Source of the DNA: the human T2T-CHM13v2.0 reference genome, Homo sapiens
Assembly: GCF_009914755.1 (NCBI RefSeq)
Contig: NC_060928.1
Length of the DNA: 64,000 bases
Reading direction: 5' to 3' (one strand)
Positions 60,150-64,000 of the stretch are shown here, piece by piece. The position numbers were made by a program, and so were the translations under genes. Below the pieces are notes generated by a model. It was not told where the DNA came from. It worked only from the letters and a program-made list of their open reading frames with translations, and ran no database searches. Numbering within the stretch: position 1 is the first letter of the stretch; each line of letters begins with the position of its first letter.

Positions 60150-60935
60150 TGATGGTGTTGGTGGAGGTGATGGTATTGATGGTGATAATGACGGTGATGG
60201 TGATAACGGTGGTCGTGATGGTAGTGATGGTGGTGGTGATAGTGATGGTCATGATGGTGATGATGATGGTAGTAGTGATGGTAGTAATGGTGATGGTGGT
60301 AGTGGTAGTGATGGTAATGATGGCGATGGTGACGGTGATGATGGTGGTGGTAATGGTAGTGATGGTGGTGGTGGTAGTGATGGTCATGATGGTGATGATG
60401 ATGATGGTGGTGGTGATGACTGTGATGATGGTTGTGGCAATGATGATGATGGTGATAGTGGTGGTGGTAGTAATGATGGTCATGATGGTGATGATGGTGA
60501 TGGTGGTGATGATGATGGTAATGTTGATGGCGGTAGCAATAGTGATGATGATGGTGATGGTGATGATGATGGTAGTGATGGTGGTGGTGGTGGTGCTGGT
60601 GATGGTAATGATGGTGATGGTGGTGGTGCTGATGGTGATAATGGTTGTAGCAATGATGATGGTGATTGTGGTGGTAGTAGTAATGGTGATGATAGTGATG
60701 GTGATGGTGGTGGTGCTGATGGTGATGATGGTTGTAGCAATGATGATGGTGATTGTGGTGGTAGTAGTAATGGTGATGATGGTGATGGTGGTGGTGCTGA
60801 TGGTGATGATGGTTGTAGCAATGATGATGGTGATTGTGGTGGTAGTAGTAGTAATGGTTATGATAGTGATGGTGGCGATGGTGGTGATAGTGATGGTGTG
60901 GTGGTGGTGGTGATGGTGATGGTGGTGATGGTGGT
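60150..60935. repeat. Complex (GAT/GGT)n trinucleotide array, about 790 bp
   Basis: Mixed GAT/GGT/AGT/AAT triplets in a single register; higher-order units marked by gtgctgat near 60626, 60713 and 60794. Confidence 0.97.
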
Positions 60936-61397
60936 CACAATGATAATAGCCAATACACATAGTGGCTACCAAGTAACAGGAATCCTTCTCATCTCTTTAT
61001 ATGTATTAACGTTATTTACTTTTAACAATAGTCTTCTGAATTAAATATACTATTACCATTTCTCTTCTAAAGATTAGTAAACTGAGGCACAGAAAAGTTG
61101 AGTAACTTGCCTAAATCACCAAGTAATGTCCAGAGATGTTTAAAAAAATTATTTTGCCCAATAGAGCCCCAGTGGGTCTCTGATCTTAGAACTTGCACTT
61201 TTCCCACCAGCTAACATTGCCTCTTGTCATAAATTATGGGACTCCGTTATGGCAGATGCTATTATACTCATTTTATAAAAATATAATAGTTTTTTTCTCT
61301 AAACCTTCTAGATGAAGAACACTCCAGGAAGATGCCCTGTTGTCCTATTATGGTTTCAAATACTCCGGGAGAACCTGGCTGGATTAGCAAGTCTTAG

Positions 61398-61746
<349 letters not shown>

Positions 61747-62419
61747 GGCTTTAAATTCTTTATTACAAACAGATCGGCCAGTTCAGGTAATAGCAGCAAT
61801 ATTCCTTTCTTTCTGACCAATTGTCTCACCTTAAGTGCCCTCGAGTTCTTCTCTCTGCTTTGAGAGGGTTGGTGAGAATACATGACATGAAGTCTCCAAG
61901 TCCTGGCGTGACTCCAACAGGCCACGTGCCACAAGTCGGAAAGACCGAAGTTTTTTCTTTCCTTCTTGTTCTTCTTTCTTTCCTGCTTCTTTTTGAAAGC
62001 TCATAGGAAAAAGGGTCTAAAAGACATTTGTTCTCTCTGTGGTTTTGTAAAAGGTCCATCTTGGAATGCAGCTTATTTTTAGTTAAGGAAATTCAGAGAT
62101 CAATTAGTTATATGTTCGAAGGGTCAACTCCCCAGATTAGTCAAAGCAACAAGAAAGGGGATAATGGATAAAATATAAAACTGCCAAACAGAGAATCTCA
62201 GTTGCCTCCACTAGGAAAGGACTTCCCAGAAGATCCACTGCAACCTCATCCAGGCTTTCTCCAAAGCAGGCAGGGCCTCTGAAACCCAAATCCTAGATCT
62301 GTACTTTATTAATTAAGAACACAAATAACAACAATGACAATAATACCATCAGCATTCCTGGAGTGGGGCACTAAGTGCCTGGAACTACACTAAGTACTTC
62401 AATACGTAGAACATTGTTT

Positions 62420-62732
62420 ATTTTATTTATTTATTTATGTATTTACTTTTGAGATCGAGTTTTGCTAACGTTGCCCAGACTGGAGTGCAATGGGTGATCT
62501 CGGCTCACCGCAACCTCCATCTCCTGGGTTCAAGTGGTTCTCCCACCTCAGCCTCCCGAGTAGCTGGGATTACAGGTATATGCCACCATGCCCAGCTAAT
62601 TTTGTATTTTCAGTAGAGACAGGGTTTCTCCATGTTGGTCAGGCTGCTCTCAAACTCCTGACCTCAGGTGATCCGCCCGCCTCGGCCTCCCAAAGTGCTG
62701 GGATTACAGGTGTGAGCCACCGTGCCCGGCCC
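62420..62732 (-). mobile_element. AluS with (TTTA)n tail
   Basis: Full dimer ending in gagccaccgtgcccggcc. Confidence 0.93.
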
Positions 62733-62814
62733 ATTTAATTTTCACATCACCCAACAAGGGAGGCCTTACTGCTAAGTTGCCACGCCAGGTGGGAAAGAGG
62801 CCAAGACTGTGAGG

Positions 62815-63405
62815 TCAATGGTTGCTGCAGTGGTCCCTGATTTGTACCCCCTCCCTGGATCGACATCCTTGGGGAGTTAGTCCTCTCTGACATTTATTCT
62901 GCACGTGGCCATGGGACTTGCTTGGGCCAAAGGGACACCAGCAAATGTGCATGCAAAGTGCTTGCACATTGTGCACATTGGGACTTTCTCCTTTGGCTGC
63001 TGTTGGAAGCCCAAGAACTTTATGCAAGGCAGCCCAGGCCCCCCTGGCCCAGGGTGGGAAGCCAAGAAATGAGCTGGCCCACTGACAGCCCGTGAGACCA
63101 GGCCACCTGCTAACACCCAAACACAGGCGTGAGACCATCCCAGGTCATCCAGCCACTGACCAACCTGAAGCCACCGCAGACACATGAGAAGGCCCAGCAG
63201 AGATTGGCAGAGCTGGCCCAGAGCAGAACTGCCCAGCCGACCCACAGAAGTGAAAGCACAGGAAAATGGTTACTATTTGAAGCCATTAAGTTTTGTTTTG
63301 TTTTTTAAGAGACAGTGTTTCGCTCTGTAGCCAAGGCTAAAATGCAGTGGTGCCATCATGGCTTAAGTTTCGGGGTTTTTAAATGCATCAAACCTAACCT
63401 ATACA
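62815..63405 (+). mobile_element. MLT1-type LTR containing a short Alu 3' fragment (about 63295-63363)
   Basis: gtgagaccatcc ... gcccagccgacccacagaa ... aagccattaagttt; TSD-like ttaagttt around the Alu fragment. Confidence 0.6.
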
Positions 63406-63961
63406 GATAAATTAATGAAATTAATGGAAGCAAGTGAGAGCATTCAGGCAGTCTGACTCCATAGTCTTCACCCTTAACCACTTTCCTGCTCCAGCTTTCT
63501 GAGCATTAGGGCCCCCATTTGTAAAATGAACATGAAAAAACAGTCTTTCATTACAGGAGGAGATCAAAAAAAATGAAAAGCATGAACACAGTTGGTCAGT
63601 TATAAAACATTACATAGACACCAGCCATTATTCTTATGGATAAACTCTCAATAGCCATCAATAGAAGGAGTCTATTCAAGTAGTATAGACAAATGAATAG
63701 ACAAATGATTGAGGAGTCATTTCATCTTGAGTTTGGACTATTAGAGAGGCCTAGATTATTCCCCTCCAGCAGGGCAACAAAAGTAAGTGAAGCCTCCTCT
63801 TCTCAACCTTACTTCCAGGCCCCTACTCTCCTGCTCACCTCTCCCTGAGACATTTTTATTGTTCATCTCACTCAGCTGAACAACCTGGTACCCTCAGCTT
63901 TTAAGACATCGACAAGGAAGGGAATTAGCCTTTAAGAAGCTCATGCTAGGTTCCAGGCAGT

Positions 63962-64000
63962 ACATATGTGTATATGTGTGTGTGTGAGAGAGACAGAGAG
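63962..64000. repeat. (TG)n(AG)n microsatellite at the window edge
   Basis: tatgtgtatatgtgtgtgtgtgagagagacagagag. Confidence 0.85.

Noticed and set aside
60071-61044. Long ORFs of 280-306 aa (poly-M/V, poly-T/I, poly-D/G)
   Set aside because: These are by-products of the GAT/GGT triplet array; there is no promoter, splice or compositional support for translation.

Overview
Human (or near-identical great-ape) genomic DNA from inside SLC2A9 (GLUT9, the urate transporter), transcribed on the minus strand. Three internal coding exons are present: 59780-59925 (146 nt), 21680-21812 (133 nt) and 185-372 (188 nt). All have GT-AG boundaries and compatible phases, and they correspond to exons 5-7 of the 540-aa isoform (G179-A334). 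The rest is intron (37,967 nt and 21,307 nt between the exons) filled with Alu, L1, HAL1, MIR, MaLR/ERVL/ERV1 LTR and DNA-transposon remnants, plus tandem repeats. No other ORF in the track is credible as a gene, and I found no new multi-gene system. The best leads are regulatory or structural: an intact LTR18-family solo LTR with AP-1 and PAR-bZIP sites, a MER50 solo LTR, an HNF4-type site, a near-identical 43-50 bp local copy of an old LTR segment, a closely spaced inverted Alu pair, a twin-primed L1, a nested ERV/L1/THE1 stack, and signs that this is a non-reference haplotype. Repeat subfamily names come from recalled consensus sequences and need RepeatMasker confirmation.
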